Assembly: GCA_965204535.1 (NCBI GenBank)
Contig: CBDBEV010000001.1
Location: 1,568,001 to 1,632,000, forward strand
Direction of reading: 5' to 3'
DNA from: a bacterium
Lineage (GTDB): Bacteria > UBA8248
Length of the DNA: 64,000 nucleotides
In this document: positions 26,732-37,721 of the stretch, piece after piece
How the letters are laid out: each line of letters begins with the position of its first letter
Numbering within the stretch: the first letter of the stretch is position 1
The notes under the pieces: generated by a model
Databases searched by the model: none
What the model saw: the letters and a program-made list of their open reading frames with translations, nothing else
What the model was told of the DNA's origin: nothing
Position numbers and translations under genes: made by a program

Positions 26732-28195
26732 ATGCCGGCAATGACGAACCTGGAAAGAGATCTTTTCTCCCTCATCACGCTCGTCAGCAACGTCACGGAG
26801 GCTTACTCCGCCTGCTTATTCCTTGAAAACAAAAGGCGCAAGACTTTTCAGCTCACCACATACCACAGCCTGAGCCCCTACATTCTCGCGGATGCCTCGG
26901 TCGATGTGGGCCAGGGCTTCATGGGCTGGGTCCTGGAGAATAACGAGCCGTTAAGCGTCAATCAATTCGACAAAGACACCCTGGTTCTCGGCTATTACAG
27001 CAGGAACGAGGACATCAAGTCCTTCATGGCAACTCCCCTGCCTTCTTCCATCAATAAAGGGGCGCTCGCCATCGACAGCAAAAAAAGCTGGTGTTTCACG
27101 TCCAGAGACCAAAAAATACTCGCGGGGTTCGCCCAGCAATTCGCCTATCTTGCAGACGGTGCCCTGACGACCGTTCAAACGGAGCGCCGCTCCATGAACG
27201 TTCCCGCCTTCAGCAGATACCTGACTTCGCTTCGCTCAAGCGAGAACGAAGGTCAATTGTTGAATGCGATATGCCAGGTGCCGCGCGAGTTGCTTCCCTT
27301 CGATGCCTGCTTCCTCGTCCTCATCGACGAGGAAGCAGGCCTTCCCCGCCTCGTTCGAACCTCTGGTTTTGGGGAACTCTTCCTGGGCGAAGTCACAATC
27401 AGCGAACATGCAAGTCTGGCAGGCTACGTATTAAGCAAAAAAGAAAGCTTAAGACTCCCGGACCTGAGGGGGAAAAAAGGAACCAGGCCTCTCTTCCATC
27501 ATGATGAGCCCCGCCTTGAAGCGCGTTCCGCCGCATGTCTTCCTCTTGTCTCAAGAGGCGAAATTCTTGGTTGCCTGGGGTTCGCAAGCAAACGTCGAGC
27601 TCAATTTGACGCTTCTTCCGTCCAGCGCGGAGAAATCATTGCGGCGCTTGTGGCGGATGCCATCGCAAATCGGAAAAACGAGTCACGCTGGCAAGCACGA
27701 TTAGAAATCGATCCCCTTACCGGCGAGCAGAATATCGAATATCTACATTCTCGTCTTCATAAAATGATCTGCGAAGCAGAAGCAAAGGGGCGTCAACTCG
27801 CGTTGCTCAGCATCGCTCCTGACGCTTCATCAGAGTTTGATGATATGATCGAGGAAGAAGTCATTCTTCATCTCTCAAATTCGCTTAAACCATTCGCTGC
27901 CGGAAACGATATTCTGGTGCGGCATGAGGGGCCACGTTTTCTCTTGTTACTGCAAGACTCCTCTCAAGAATATGCCGAGGCTGTAGCAGAGCGAATCCTT
28001 CATGTCGTCAATCACACTCCCTTCTCCCTCGGCGGAAGAGGGTCCGAAATCACAATTTCAATAGGCGCCGCATGCTTCCCTGAAACCGCTCAAAATTCAA
28101 AAAGCCTGATCAAGTCATCTCTTGCAGCATTAGGTTTCGCTCAAAAAGAGGGCGTGGGGAATCAACTTTGTTTTATGGGGGGAGATGGATCATGA
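26732..28195 (+). CDS. GAF-GAF-degenerate GGDEF protein
   Basis: Two GAF-like segments; DPLTG, VRHEGPRF in place of RxGG(D/E)EF, ITISIGAA. Confidence 0.75.
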   Translation: MPAMTNLERDLFSLITLVSNVTEAYSACLFLENKRRKTFQLTTYHSLSPYILADASVDVGQGFMGWVLENNEPLSVNQFDKDTLVLGYYSRNEDIKSFMATPLPSSINKGALAIDSKKSWCFTSRDQKILAGFAQQFAYLADGALTTVQTERRSMNVPAFSRYLTSLRSSENEGQLLNAICQVPRELLPFDACFLVLIDEEAGLPRLVRTSGFGELFLGEVTISEHASLAGYVLSKKESLRLPDLRGKKGTRPLFHHDEPRLEARSAACLPLVSRGEILGCLGFASKRRAQFDASSVQRGEIIAALVADAIANRKNESRWQARLEIDPLTGEQNIEYLHSRLHKMICEAEAKGRQLALLSIAPDASSEFDDMIEEEVILHLSNSLKPFAAGNDILVRHEGPRFLLLLQDSSQEYAEAVAERILHVVNHTPFSLGGRGSEITISIGAACFPETAQNSKSLIKSSLAALGFAQKEGVGNQLCFMGGDGS

Positions 28196-29232
28196 AATTG
28201 CATTTTTTGAAGCGCCTTAGATCCTGGATGGGGCCCAATATCGCAATGGATTTAGGGACAGCGAACACCTTGGTTTACACAAAAAATGCCGGAATTGTTC
28301 TTGATGAACCCTCTGTTGTCGCCTTGAACTCGAAAAATGGAGGAGCCGTTCTCGCAGTAGGCAAAAAAGCCAAGGAAATGTACGGCCGTACTCCTCCAGA
28401 TTCCATTCGGACAATTCGCCCCATGAAAGATGGGGTAATCGCCGATTTTGACGTAACCAAAGCCATGATACGCCATTTTGTCAGAGCAATTGTACCCAAA
28501 CGGTCTTTCAGCCGACCTACAATGATGGTCTGCGTTCCCTCAGGGATCACCAGTGTGGAAATGAAAGCCGTGATTGATTCCGCCACTCAATGTGGGGCCG
28601 GCAAAGTCCATCTAATAGAAGAACCCATGGCGGCGGCCATTGGAAGCAAACTGCCAATTCATGAAATCGCCGGCTCTATGATTGTTGATATTGGGGGAGG
28701 AACAACCGAAATGGCCGTCATCTCCCAATACGCCGTTGCATATTCAGAATCTCTACGCATGGCGGGAGATGCGATGGACGAATGCATACAACGTCACATC
28801 AAAAGACGCCACGGCTTATCGATCGGCTCATTCGAGGCTGAACGTGTCAAGATGGAGATTGGAGCAGCAGCCCCGCTCCCAGAGCCGCTTGAAATGGAAA
28901 TTTCAGGCTCAGATGTCTCTACCGGCATACCCCGCACCATCAAGCTATCCGATGAGTCGGTGCGCGAGGCTCTCGACGGTCCAGTGAAAGCCATCGTTGA
29001 ATCCATTCGAAAAGCGCTGGCCAAAACAAGCCCTGAGCTTGCTACAGACATTTACCGCCGAGGAATCGTTTTAGCAGGTGGCGGTTCACTCCTGAAAGGA
29101 CTCGGCACCAGGCTTCATGATGAGACAGGTCTCCCCATATACAGAGTAAAAGACCCACTCACCACCGTCGTCCGTGGAACTGGACACGTTCTGGACCATT
29201 TCAAAGACTTCAAGCAAGTCTGTCTGAATTGA
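28192..29232 (+). CDS. mreB: Rod shape-determining protein MreB
   Basis: DLGTANT, RPMKDGVIADF, EEPMAAAIG, DIGGGTT, GIVLAGGG. Confidence 0.95.
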   Translation: MKLHFLKRLRSWMGPNIAMDLGTANTLVYTKNAGIVLDEPSVVALNSKNGGAVLAVGKKAKEMYGRTPPDSIRTIRPMKDGVIADFDVTKAMIRHFVRAIVPKRSFSRPTMMVCVPSGITSVEMKAVIDSATQCGAGKVHLIEEPMAAAIGSKLPIHEIAGSMIVDIGGGTTEMAVISQYAVAYSESLRMAGDAMDECIQRHIKRRHGLSIGSFEAERVKMEIGAAAPLPEPLEMEISGSDVSTGIPRTIKLSDESVREALDGPVKAIVESIRKALAKTSPELATDIYRRGIVLAGGGSLLKGLGTRLHDETGLPIYRVKDPLTTVVRGTGHVLDHFKDFKQVCLN

Positions 29233-29406
29233 CCTTCACGAGCACCACCCCCCTACCGGGAGCCCGGCCCCATGCGCAACACCGGGCTCCCGGCCCCTTC
29301 TTGATAGAATGACCGCACAGAGATTTCACTGTCAAAAATAATCCGGTAGAATCAGAAGGCATTTGTCCATGGTTTTTCCAAATCCTTTTTTCAATTGGAA
29401 AGTGAA

Positions 29407-29679
29407 ATGACTTTCTCACAACAAGGCGATTCATTTTCATTCAAGACATCCATAGATGACATGAAACTTGTTTACAGGATACTGCATCGCCACATCGGAG
29501 AGCATCTTGAGCTCATGGATAGTGAGTTTATGGACGAGTTACAAATCGCGCTACAAAAAAAAGCCCAAAAAGAAGGAGTGGACATCGGTCATCACGGCGC
29601 GTGGGATTTATGGCTGGGCAATGATGCGACAACCCCATGCGAGGAGCGTGTAAAAAAACGAAAAACATTCGATAGTTAA
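29407..29679 (+). CDS. Hypothetical protein
   Basis: ~90-aa ORF with natural composition in a lower-GC region. Confidence 0.6.
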   Translation: MTFSQQGDSFSFKTSIDDMKLVYRILHRHIGEHLELMDSEFMDELQIALQKKAQKEGVDIGHHGAWDLWLGNDATTPCEERVKKRKTFDS

Positions 29680-30554
29680 CCCTCGACACCGAGGCGCAAT
29701 TCTAATGCTTCGTGTAAAACTTCCATCACTGTATCCGTAGGCATATCCACTCCCGTCCACATTTTCCATGCAGCCGCTGCTTGATATACCAACCAACCCG
29801 TTCCGCGAACAATTTGAGCGCCAGCCCGTCTGGCTGCTTTCAGAAATTCCGTATCAGGAGGAATATAGACCGCATCCGAACAGATACAGCCGTTAGGTAT
29901 CGCATCCTCGGGAATCGGAGGGGTCGCCATACGTTCAGCGTTTCCCCACATCCCGAGGCTTGTCGTATTCACGATGATCTCACAACCATCAGCCGCCGAA
30001 TACAGATCGTCCAAGCCACCACCTTTCACTTTCGAAGAAGGAACGCTCTTCTCCACAAAGTGCGCCAACTCCATCGCTTTTTCATATGTCCGGTTTCTAA
30101 TTTCAAGGTGAGCCGCTCCGCACTGGGCTATTTTGACGGCAATAGCTCTCGCGGCTCCTCCCGCACCCAAAACAAGACATTTCTTTTCTCTGGGATGTTC
30201 TCCCGTTGTTTCCTCCAAAAACCGGAGCCAACCGATACCATCCGTATTATGGCCGATAAGGCGTCCGTCTTCTTCAAAAATTATCGTGTTGACAGCGCCC
30301 ATCAACCGGGCATCCTCACTCAGTTCATCCATGAATTTAACAACAGCCACCTTGTGCGGTATCGTGATTGTGAGTCCACGAAATCCCATCGCCCGGGCTC
30401 CCCGCACAGCTTCTTCCAAATAATCCGGGTGCACTTCATAGGCAAGATAGTGATAGTCCAAACCCAACTCTTCAGCCGCTTTATTATGCAGAACAGGTGA
30501 TAAAATATGGCCTGCCGGGAATCCAAATACACCCAGCGGTATCGGATTTGGCAT
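29676..30554 (-). CDS. aroE: Shikimate dehydrogenase
   Basis: LSPVLHN, TIPHK, GAVNT, GHNTDGIG, GAGGAARA, NRT, NTTSLGM. Confidence 0.9.
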   Translation of the reverse strand: MPNPIPLGVFGFPAGHILSPVLHNKAAEELGLDYHYLAYEVHPDYLEEAVRGARAMGFRGLTITIPHKVAVVKFMDELSEDARLMGAVNTIIFEEDGRLIGHNTDGIGWLRFLEETTGEHPREKKCLVLGAGGAARAIAVKIAQCGAAHLEIRNRTYEKAMELAHFVEKSVPSSKVKGGGLDDLYSAADGCEIIVNTTSLGMWGNAERMATPPIPEDAIPNGCICSDAVYIPPDTEFLKAARRAGAQIVRGTGWLVYQAAAAWKMWTGVDMPTDTVMEVLHEALELRLGVEG

Positions 30555-30758
30555 GAATGTTCTCCTTAACATCACTCCATCGTTTAATGCCGTATTTGTG
30601 AAGAACTTGTTGCTATTACAAATATACATAGACTAGAGTTTTCAGAGCCCATTCGCAATCGAGAGAAAATCACATCTCTTCAGGGGATCGAAAACTTATA
30701 AAGTTCAACATCGCACCAAGGGCCATGCATTCAGATACACCACATATTTGAGGGCCTT

Positions 30759-33011
30759 ATGAATGAATTCAAGGTAGCTGGGAAAAATATCCCCAGATAC
30801 GATCTGCCGGATAAAGCAGTTGGCACGGCTAAATTCGCAGCAGACGTTCCTGCTGCGCAGCCCCTTGTTGGCTTAATCCTCAGAAGTCCACTCCCATATG
30901 CTCGTATCGTATCTATAAGCACGGAAGAAGCAACAAAAATACCGGGTGTACGAAGCGTATTGACGGGCAATGATTGTCCCCCACACCGTTTCGGTCTTGA
31001 GATCAAAGACATGTGCTGGCTGGCTCGCGATGGTTATGTCCGATACATCGGAGACCCTGTTGCGGCAGTTGCCGCGGAATCAATGGATGCGGCTCAGGCA
31101 GCGCTGGACTCCATCGAGGTGAACTACGAAGCCCTTGAGCCTGTGGTGGATCTTTTAGAAGCGCGCGACGGCAAGGGTCCACTCGTCCATGTAGATTGGG
31201 AAAAAGCAGGCCTCGGGCCCAATGGAGAAGGGAACGTAATCGGTCGATATGAAATGGCCATAGGCGATGTAGGCGCCGCTATGGAAAAGGCAGATCACAT
31301 ATTCGAGCACACATTCCAAACCCCATACGCGCACTCTGGATATATCGAGCCTCATGCTTGCATGGCGGAGTCGGGAGCCGACGGAAAAATCACCATCTGG
31401 ACAGCGACGCAAGCACCCTTCGTCATCCGCGACCAAGTCGCTGCGGCTTTGGGGATTCCGCTGACGAAAGTGAAAATCATTCCCACAGAAATCGGCGGTG
31501 GATTCGGAGGTAAGATCCATTCGTTTGTCGAACACATCATCGCCTTGCTGGCTCTCAAAAGCGGGCGCGTCGTGCGCCATGAAATGACTCGGGAAGACGA
31601 TCATAACGGCGTCAGTCCCAGGCAAGGGTTACGAATACATTTAAAAACCGGAGTAACCTCTGACGGCAAAATTCTAGCCCGCGAATCAGATGTCATCGTC
31701 GACCATGGCGCATATGGCCCCGGCGCGCCGACACAGGCGAGTTCCCGCATGCCGATGTTCACCAGTTGCTACAACATCCCTGATTGTTCGGTGACAATGG
31801 CGAGCGTCTACACCAACGGGCCCATCTGTGGATCGGTTAGGGGGCCATGTGGACCCCAGTGCTTCTTCGCAACAGAGGTGCATCTTGACATCATCGCGTA
31901 CGAACTGGGCATCGACCCCCTTGAAATCAGGCGAAAAAATGCCATTCGAAAAGGCGACACCGGATTATTCGGCACGCAAAAAGACGACGGCATGCTCAAA
32001 GTTTTGGAAAGCACCGCCAAAGAAGGAAACTGGGGTGAGACCATCGAAACGGATGTGGACTTGGAAGGTCCTGGCTGGAAGTTCGGTCGAGGCCTTGCTG
32101 TCAGTTTTTGGCGCGGAAGTGGCGGAGCTTCCGCGTGCACGGCGCGCCTAAACGCGGACGGCAGCGTTCAACTCCTCAGCGGCGCCGTAAACCTTACGGG
32201 CGCAACAACCTCGATGTGCCAGATTGCCGCGGAAATGATGGATATCGGCTTTGAGCAAGTATCTTTTGACAGCGGCGATACCGACACCGCCCCCGAGTCT
32301 ATCCACGCGGCGGGCAGCATGCTCACCCGCTCGATGGGCGCCGCCGTTATCATAGCCGTAGACGATCTGAAGGAAAAAATTCGAGTTGTTGCCGCCGAAA
32401 AACTCGAAGCCGCCCCGGACGATCTGAAAATCGAAGGAGGGCGTGTTTTTTCGCAATCCACCCCGGAGCGTTCCATGTCATTAAGTGAAGTAGCAAAAGC
32501 GGCGCCAGGGATTGCAGGCTATATTATGGGCCAAGGGGAAACACAGGCACCGGCTTTTTGCCCCATCTACGCGGCGCAAATCGCGGAGGTGGCCGTAAAT
32601 CCGTATTCGGGTGAGGTGAAAGTTTTGAGGCTGGTTTGTTCCCAAGACGTGGGCTTCGCCATGAACCCGACTTCCGTCGTCGGCCAAATGGAAGGCGGGA
32701 TGCTTCAGGGAATCGGTTTGGCGCTTATGGAAGAACAGCCTCGAGACGACGCCGGTCATATCTACGGAGGAACCCTCCACGAATATCTTTTGCCCACCAG
32801 TCTGGACGTCCCCGAGCTGAAAACCGTAATGGTTGAGAACAAGCCGGATGACACGCCTTTTGGCATGAGAGGCGTCGGCGAACCACCCATACTCGCCGCC
32901 CCCGCGGCTATCATGAACGCCATCGCCGATGCGGTGGGCGCCCGATTTTTCGAGATGCCGGTTGGGCCGCATCACATACGCGGAGCGATCGGAAAACAAA
33001 GCGGAACATAG
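30759..33011 (+). CDS. Xanthine dehydrogenase/CoxL family molybdopterin-binding subunit
   Basis: RSPLPYA, IEPHA, GGGFGGK, GQMEGGMLQGIG, GMRGVGE. Confidence 0.92.
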   Translation: MNEFKVAGKNIPRYDLPDKAVGTAKFAADVPAAQPLVGLILRSPLPYARIVSISTEEATKIPGVRSVLTGNDCPPHRFGLEIKDMCWLARDGYVRYIGDPVAAVAAESMDAAQAALDSIEVNYEALEPVVDLLEARDGKGPLVHVDWEKAGLGPNGEGNVIGRYEMAIGDVGAAMEKADHIFEHTFQTPYAHSGYIEPHACMAESGADGKITIWTATQAPFVIRDQVAAALGIPLTKVKIIPTEIGGGFGGKIHSFVEHIIALLALKSGRVVRHEMTREDDHNGVSPRQGLRIHLKTGVTSDGKILARESDVIVDHGAYGPGAPTQASSRMPMFTSCYNIPDCSVTMASVYTNGPICGSVRGPCGPQCFFATEVHLDIIAYELGIDPLEIRRKNAIRKGDTGLFGTQKDDGMLKVLESTAKEGNWGETIETDVDLEGPGWKFGRGLAVSFWRGSGGASACTARLNADGSVQLLSGAVNLTGATTSMCQIAAEMMDIGFEQVSFDSGDTDTAPESIHAAGSMLTRSMGAAVIIAVDDLKEKIRVVAAEKLEAAPDDLKIEGGRVFSQSTPERSMSLSEVAKAAPGIAGYIMGQGETQAPAFCPIYAAQIAEVAVNPYSGEVKVLRLVCSQDVGFAMNPTSVVGQMEGGMLQGIGLALMEEQPRDDAGHIYGGTLHEYLLPTSLDVPELKTVMVENKPDDTPFGMRGVGEPPILAAPAAIMNAIADAVGARFFEMPVGPHHIRGAIGKQSGT

Positions 33012-33111
33012 AACACAGGGTATTTCTTGAATACTTAACAGGGATGGGGGTCTTTGGTTACTCAGACATTTTTCCTGTCTGTGAATTTGAAATCTTCGAT
33101 TGTTCCGACGT

Positions 33112-34035
33112 TCAATTTGAAGAAGTCTGAGGAACTTCGGTCTGAATGGCACGTAGAAGATGACCATCCAGATACCACTTCATTGCTTTTATATTGAATT
33201 CATCATTTAGAACCGTTATGGCACCACACCGCAGCCATTCGTTTCTCATGGTGCGCCAAGTCCAGATAAGCACACCTCGGCAACCGTTGAGCCAAACAGG
33301 GCTGAATGTCAGTTTTTCTCCCATCTGGCCGAGAAGCTCCACACAGGCCATTGCAACAAAATCGTCACCCGTTCTTCTCTCGTCTCGGACGACAAGCTCT
33401 ACACCCGGTGACATGAGTCCTTGCAACAATACCTTGTCGCGAAAGCCAAGCGCTTCTACGAATCGCTCGAATACTCTCGCTAGTTTTGCATGATCATCGA
33501 TGGTTGCGCAGAAAAGATTCTTTCCCCAGTGCTTTTGAATTTGCGCACGTTTGTTATCTGCATTGTCGGCAATTTTGAAAACTTCCTGAATCTTTACTCC
33601 CATTGCGGACGCCGCAATCCGGTCACCATCCTCGACCCCGTCCCTGAGCACGGCAACAGCGCGCTGCTCGGGCGTCATGTATTGGAGGGGGAACAAAAAC
33701 TCGAGCGCAACGCTTGGCCATACAGCACCCGCCTCAATCGATTTGGTTGCGCCGTTCGCGCTTGAACCCGCCGTTTGTATCAAATCAGGGAAGTCAAACT
33801 CATTTAACTCCAGTGGTTTCTTCTCTCGCAACCGAGAAAGTGCCGCTTCCGTACACGCCGTATACAACCACTCGGGATGATCTTCGATATTATTGAGGGC
33901 CGGACCCATCTCAATCGCTCGCAACATGGCATCTTGGACGATATCATCCGCATCCAAAATGCTACCTGTGAGTCGATAGGCATGTTGGCGCATCAACCCC
34001 CAGTATTCTTGAGTGTATTTTTCAAGATCAATCAT
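33112..34035 (-). CDS. ECF sigma factor with C-terminal SnoaL-like extension (ECF41-like)
   Basis: AYRLTGSILDADDIVQDA region 2; PEQRAVAVLRD region 4; WLNGCRG in the extension. Confidence 0.75.
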   Translation of the reverse strand: MIDLEKYTQEYWGLMRQHAYRLTGSILDADDIVQDAMLRAIEMGPALNNIEDHPEWLYTACTEAALSRLREKKPLELNEFDFPDLIQTAGSSANGATKSIEAGAVWPSVALEFLFPLQYMTPEQRAVAVLRDGVEDGDRIAASAMGVKIQEVFKIADNADNKRAQIQKHWGKNLFCATIDDHAKLARVFERFVEALGFRDKVLLQGLMSPGVELVVRDERRTGDDFVAMACVELLGQMGEKLTFSPVWLNGCRGVLIWTWRTMRNEWLRCGAITVLNDEFNIKAMKWYLDGHLLRAIQTEVPQTSSN

Positions 34036-34044
34036 TATCGCAAC

Positions 34045-34722
34045 TCAGGCATTCGCATACATCTCGCGCAAATCCGAAGCCACCCTCAAAGGCGCCTCGG
34101 TTTTATCCCGTACTTCACTTTCGTTCACGCCAGGAGCGAGTTCACGCAACAAGAGCCCGTCTGTCTCCACTGTGATGAACGCGAGATCAGTAATGATGAC
34201 ATCTACCACGCCTTTGCCGGTTAAAGGGAGAGAACATGCCTTTACAATCTTCGGCGCACCTCGTTTTGAAACATGCTCCATAGTGAGGATAACTTTTCGG
34301 GCGCCCACGACGAGATCCATCGCACCTCCCATGCCGGATATCATTTTGCCAGGGATTGCCCAATTCGCCAGGTCACCATTCCCGGCGACTTCCATTGCAC
34401 CCAGTATGGTGACGTCTATATGCCCGCCTCTGACCATAGAAAATGAAGTGGCGCTATCAAAATACGAACCTCCCGGCATAATCGTCACGGTTTCTTTGCT
34501 GGCATTCAGCAGGTCGGGGTCTTCATCTCCTTCGTATGGAAATGGTCCTACCCCCAACACACCGTTCTCCGAATGTATGGTGACGCCATATTCCTCGGGT
34601 ATGTAATTGCTCACCAGGGTAGGTATACCTAGCCCGAGATTGACATACCCCCCCCGAGGCACTTCCATGGCTGCCCGCTTCGCAATTTCGTGTCTGCTCA
34701 AAGGCAAATCATCTCCCCCCAA
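34045..34722 (-). CDS. 3-oxoacid CoA-transferase subunit B
   Basis: [27 protein letters not shown]. Confidence 0.93.
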   Translation of the reverse strand: MGGDDLPLSRHEIAKRAAMEVPRGGYVNLGLGIPTLVSNYIPEEYGVTIHSENGVLGVGPFPYEGDEDPDLLNASKETVTIMPGGSYFDSATSFSMVRGGHIDVTILGAMEVAGNGDLANWAIPGKMISGMGGAMDLVVGARKVILTMEHVSKRGAPKIVKACSLPLTGKGVVDVIITDLAFITVETDGLLLRELAPGVNESEVRDKTEAPLRVASDLREMYANA

Positions 34723-35428
34723 GGCCTTCCCGGGGCCGATTCGTCATGATCTCGATAGGTTTCTCTATATCTTCACCTAAAACTACGCGCTTCACAAAAA
34801 TCCCGGGCGTATGCACATTTTCTGGGGCAATTTCACCGACGGGAGCAATCTCTTCTACTTCGGCGATAGTCACCTCGGCGGCAGTGGCCATGACGGGATT
34901 AAAATTCTGCGCGCTCATCCTGTATATCAGATTCCCACGCTCGTCTCCCTTCCAGGCCTTGATGAAAGCATAATCCGCTCGAATGGGCTCTTCAAAAATG
35001 TGTTCTTCCCCCTCGATGATTCTCGTCTCTTTTCCTTCAGCTACTACGGTGCCTGCTCCCGTGGGCGTAAAGAACCCACCGATGCCGGCCCCGCCCGCTC
35101 GAATGCGCTCCGTGAATGTTCCTTGAGGCGAGAGCTCGACTTCGATTTCCCCTCTCAAGGCTTGTTCTTCATAAGCCTTACAAGCCGGACCCACACGGCT
35201 TGCGATAATGGAGCGGATCTGTCGATTTTGAAACATCAAGCCCACACCCCAACCGTCTATTCCGCCTGCATTCGACACCAGATGGAAATCACCGACATCT
35301 TTTCGGTTGCTAAGCGCTTTACATAAATTATGCGCCATTCCGCATATGCCAAACCCACCGATAAGTATCGATGCGCCATCGGGAATATCCGAAACAGCCT
35401 CCATGGAACTCGGTATGATTTTAGACAA
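34709..35428 (-). CDS. 3-oxoacid CoA-transferase subunit A
   Basis: [35 protein letters not shown]. Confidence 0.93.
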   Translation of the reverse strand: MSKIIPSSMEAVSDIPDGASILIGGFGICGMAHNLCKALSNRKDVGDFHLVSNAGGIDGWGVGLMFQNRQIRSIIASRVGPACKAYEEQALRGEIEVELSPQGTFTERIRAGGAGIGGFFTPTGAGTVVAEGKETRIIEGEEHIFEEPIRADYAFIKAWKGDERGNLIYRMSAQNFNPVMATAAEVTIAEVEEIAPVGEIAPENVHTPGIFVKRVVLGEDIEKPIEIMTNRPREGLGGR

Positions 35429-35510
35429 ATGGACTCCCTCAATGGCAAAATTTTCTTATTCCTGCTCACAACACTCCCGTGTTTGCATTCTGATCACCAA
35501 GGTGATCGGG

Positions 35511-37721
35511 TTAGTTTTCCATCACCCGGCCCACCAATGCTTTCACTGGCGAATATTGTTTGTACACAATAACTGTTTTGTCCGTGTGTTTCGCAACGTT
35601 TTCAGGGATAGAACCAAATAGAATCTGTTTATAGAAACTCTCGCCGGCGGCACCCATTGCAATGGCGTCATATTCTTCTGCTGCCTGGATAATGCCTACG
35701 GAAACGGATTTATGCGTGATGATTCGGCTCTCCACATGAACACTACTCTCATCGTTGATCCTGCCTACCGCCTCGCTCAAAGCTTGTTCGACAGAGTGTT
35801 TGTGAGCTCCTTCTGACTCTGGAGAAATAATAGTCGATACAACGAGCCTGGCATTGTAAGCGCTGGCAATAGGAGCCGTATATCGTTCTGCCAGGCGCGC
35901 ATGTATTCCTCCGGTTGTTGGTAAAAAGATATTCTTGAATTTCATCTCACTTACAAGTTTCACCAGCATAATGTCCGCCCGTGCAAGTTTTACGACATCA
36001 TCCACAATTTCACCTAAAATTCGATTGGCGGTAGAAGTATAGCCTTTCCAGCCAAGCACGATCAGATCGCAATGACGTTCTCTTGCCGTCTCCAGAATAG
36101 CGCGCGCCGGGTTGCGTCCGATCCTCACCAGGGAACTGATTTTGACACCCTTTGAATTGGCGTGAATATGAGCCCGCTCCAAAATTCGTCTTTCTCGCTC
36201 AACGTACGAAGTCTCGCGACTCGTCGGCGCCTGCTCCGGCAAAGATACAACCCGCATGACAATGATTTCACCGTCATTTTCTTTGGCAATCGCCGAGGCC
36301 AGATCAATCAGAGGAATCACATTTGTCGGGTTTGCGATGGGAACCAACACGCGAAAATCACTCTCTTGACCTTCCGCGCTAACTTGCGCTACGCGGGATG
36401 GTTCACCTGGCAAGAATTCCTCTTCCACCTGAGAACCTTTCCAGGCCAGAAAACCGAGCATCCCCACAATCAGCCAAAGGACCGCCATGATAACTGGCTC
36501 AGGATGCCGCAGTATCAATGAAAGCAAATATATATTTGCGGCAATCCCTATCAGTGGCAACAGCGGCACGAAGGGAACACGGAAAGTCCTGCTGAGGTTT
36601 GGAAATTTCTTTCGATGATAGATGAGCGCTGCATTCACTAATATCAGCGCCAGCAAAAGAATGGTGTCCGCAAAATGCGCCAGCTTCTCCAGGTGAAAAC
36701 TTTGCGCAAAGACAACAATTGTTCCTCCCACCAGAATAAGCGCAATAATGGGAGTGCGTGTCTGTGAGTTGATCGCGGAAATTCCGGAGGGCAAGTGTCC
36801 CAGTTGCGCCATGGACAAAACGACTCGCGACCCCGCCAAAATCGATGCGTTGGATGCAGAAATCATCGAGAAAAGCGCACCTACGACAATCACCATACCG
36901 CCGATGGGTCCCAGGAAAAGACGCGCCGCATTACCCATCGCCGCTTCCGTATATTCCGTAAGGTTGGCGGCAATGATCACAAAGACCACCATTGTATATA
37001 GAATCGTCACGATCATCATGGAAAGAAATATCGCACGAGGAATTGTCTTGGTGGGATTCGAGATTTCTCCAGCTGACGCGGCAATTGCCGAAAAACCAAA
37101 AAAAGTAATAAAAACCAAACCGGCAGTCGCGCCAATCCTTGGTATGTCCATGCTCATTCTTTCGACAAGGGCTTTTGTGTCCACATTTCCCAGCCCGCCA
37201 AATACAAACCAAACCAGAAGGATGACCTTTCCGGCCGTAATGAGGATTTGAAACCGCGCCGATTCCTTTGTTCCCTTGATGTTAAGCAATACGAGACAGA
37301 TTAGTCCTATGATTCCCGATATTTGCTCATAAGGAGAATGCCAGACGAATTCATTAAAATAGGAAGACAGGCTGCTGATGTAGAAAGCGCATGAAGAAGT
37401 GTAGCCAAGCACCAATGTCCACCCGACAAGATAAGCGAGTGGCGGTGGGAATGTTCTTCTCGCATAGAGATACCCTTCTCCGGATTCCGGATAAAGGGAT
37501 GAAAATTCGCAATAGGTGAGCGCAGTGAACCCGGCGACAAGCGCGGCCAAAAGAAAGGCGATGACGGCTGATGAGCCGACATCCCTTACAGCCAGGCCGG
37601 ATAAAGTAAAAATACCTGCCGCTATCATTGTACCGACGCCAATCGAAAGTGCGGACGCGAGCCCCAAATCTCGACTGAGTTCGGTCTCAATATGAAGATT
37701 GCTGCCGTTTCGTTTGTTCAT
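35511..37721 (-). CDS. APC-family amino acid permease with two C-terminal USP domains
   Basis: GTMIAAGIF TM1 and multiple TMs; VLVPIANP and LFGSIPENVA USP motifs. Confidence 0.88.
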   Translation of the reverse strand: MNKRNGSNLHIETELSRDLGLASALSIGVGTMIAAGIFTLSGLAVRDVGSSAVIAFLLAALVAGFTALTYCEFSSLYPESGEGYLYARRTFPPPLAYLVGWTLVLGYTSSCAFYISSLSSYFNEFVWHSPYEQISGIIGLICLVLLNIKGTKESARFQILITAGKVILLVWFVFGGLGNVDTKALVERMSMDIPRIGATAGLVFITFFGFSAIAASAGEISNPTKTIPRAIFLSMMIVTILYTMVVFVIIAANLTEYTEAAMGNAARLFLGPIGGMVIVVGALFSMISASNASILAGSRVVLSMAQLGHLPSGISAINSQTRTPIIALILVGGTIVVFAQSFHLEKLAHFADTILLLALILVNAALIYHRKKFPNLSRTFRVPFVPLLPLIGIAANIYLLSLILRHPEPVIMAVLWLIVGMLGFLAWKGSQVEEEFLPGEPSRVAQVSAEGQESDFRVLVPIANPTNVIPLIDLASAIAKENDGEIIVMRVVSLPEQAPTSRETSYVERERRILERAHIHANSKGVKISSLVRIGRNPARAILETARERHCDLIVLGWKGYTSTANRILGEIVDDVVKLARADIMLVKLVSEMKFKNIFLPTTGGIHARLAERYTAPIASAYNARLVVSTIISPESEGAHKHSVEQALSEAVGRINDESSVHVESRIITHKSVSVGIIQAAEEYDAIAMGAAGESFYKQILFGSIPENVAKHTDKTVIVYKQYSPVKALVGRVMEN

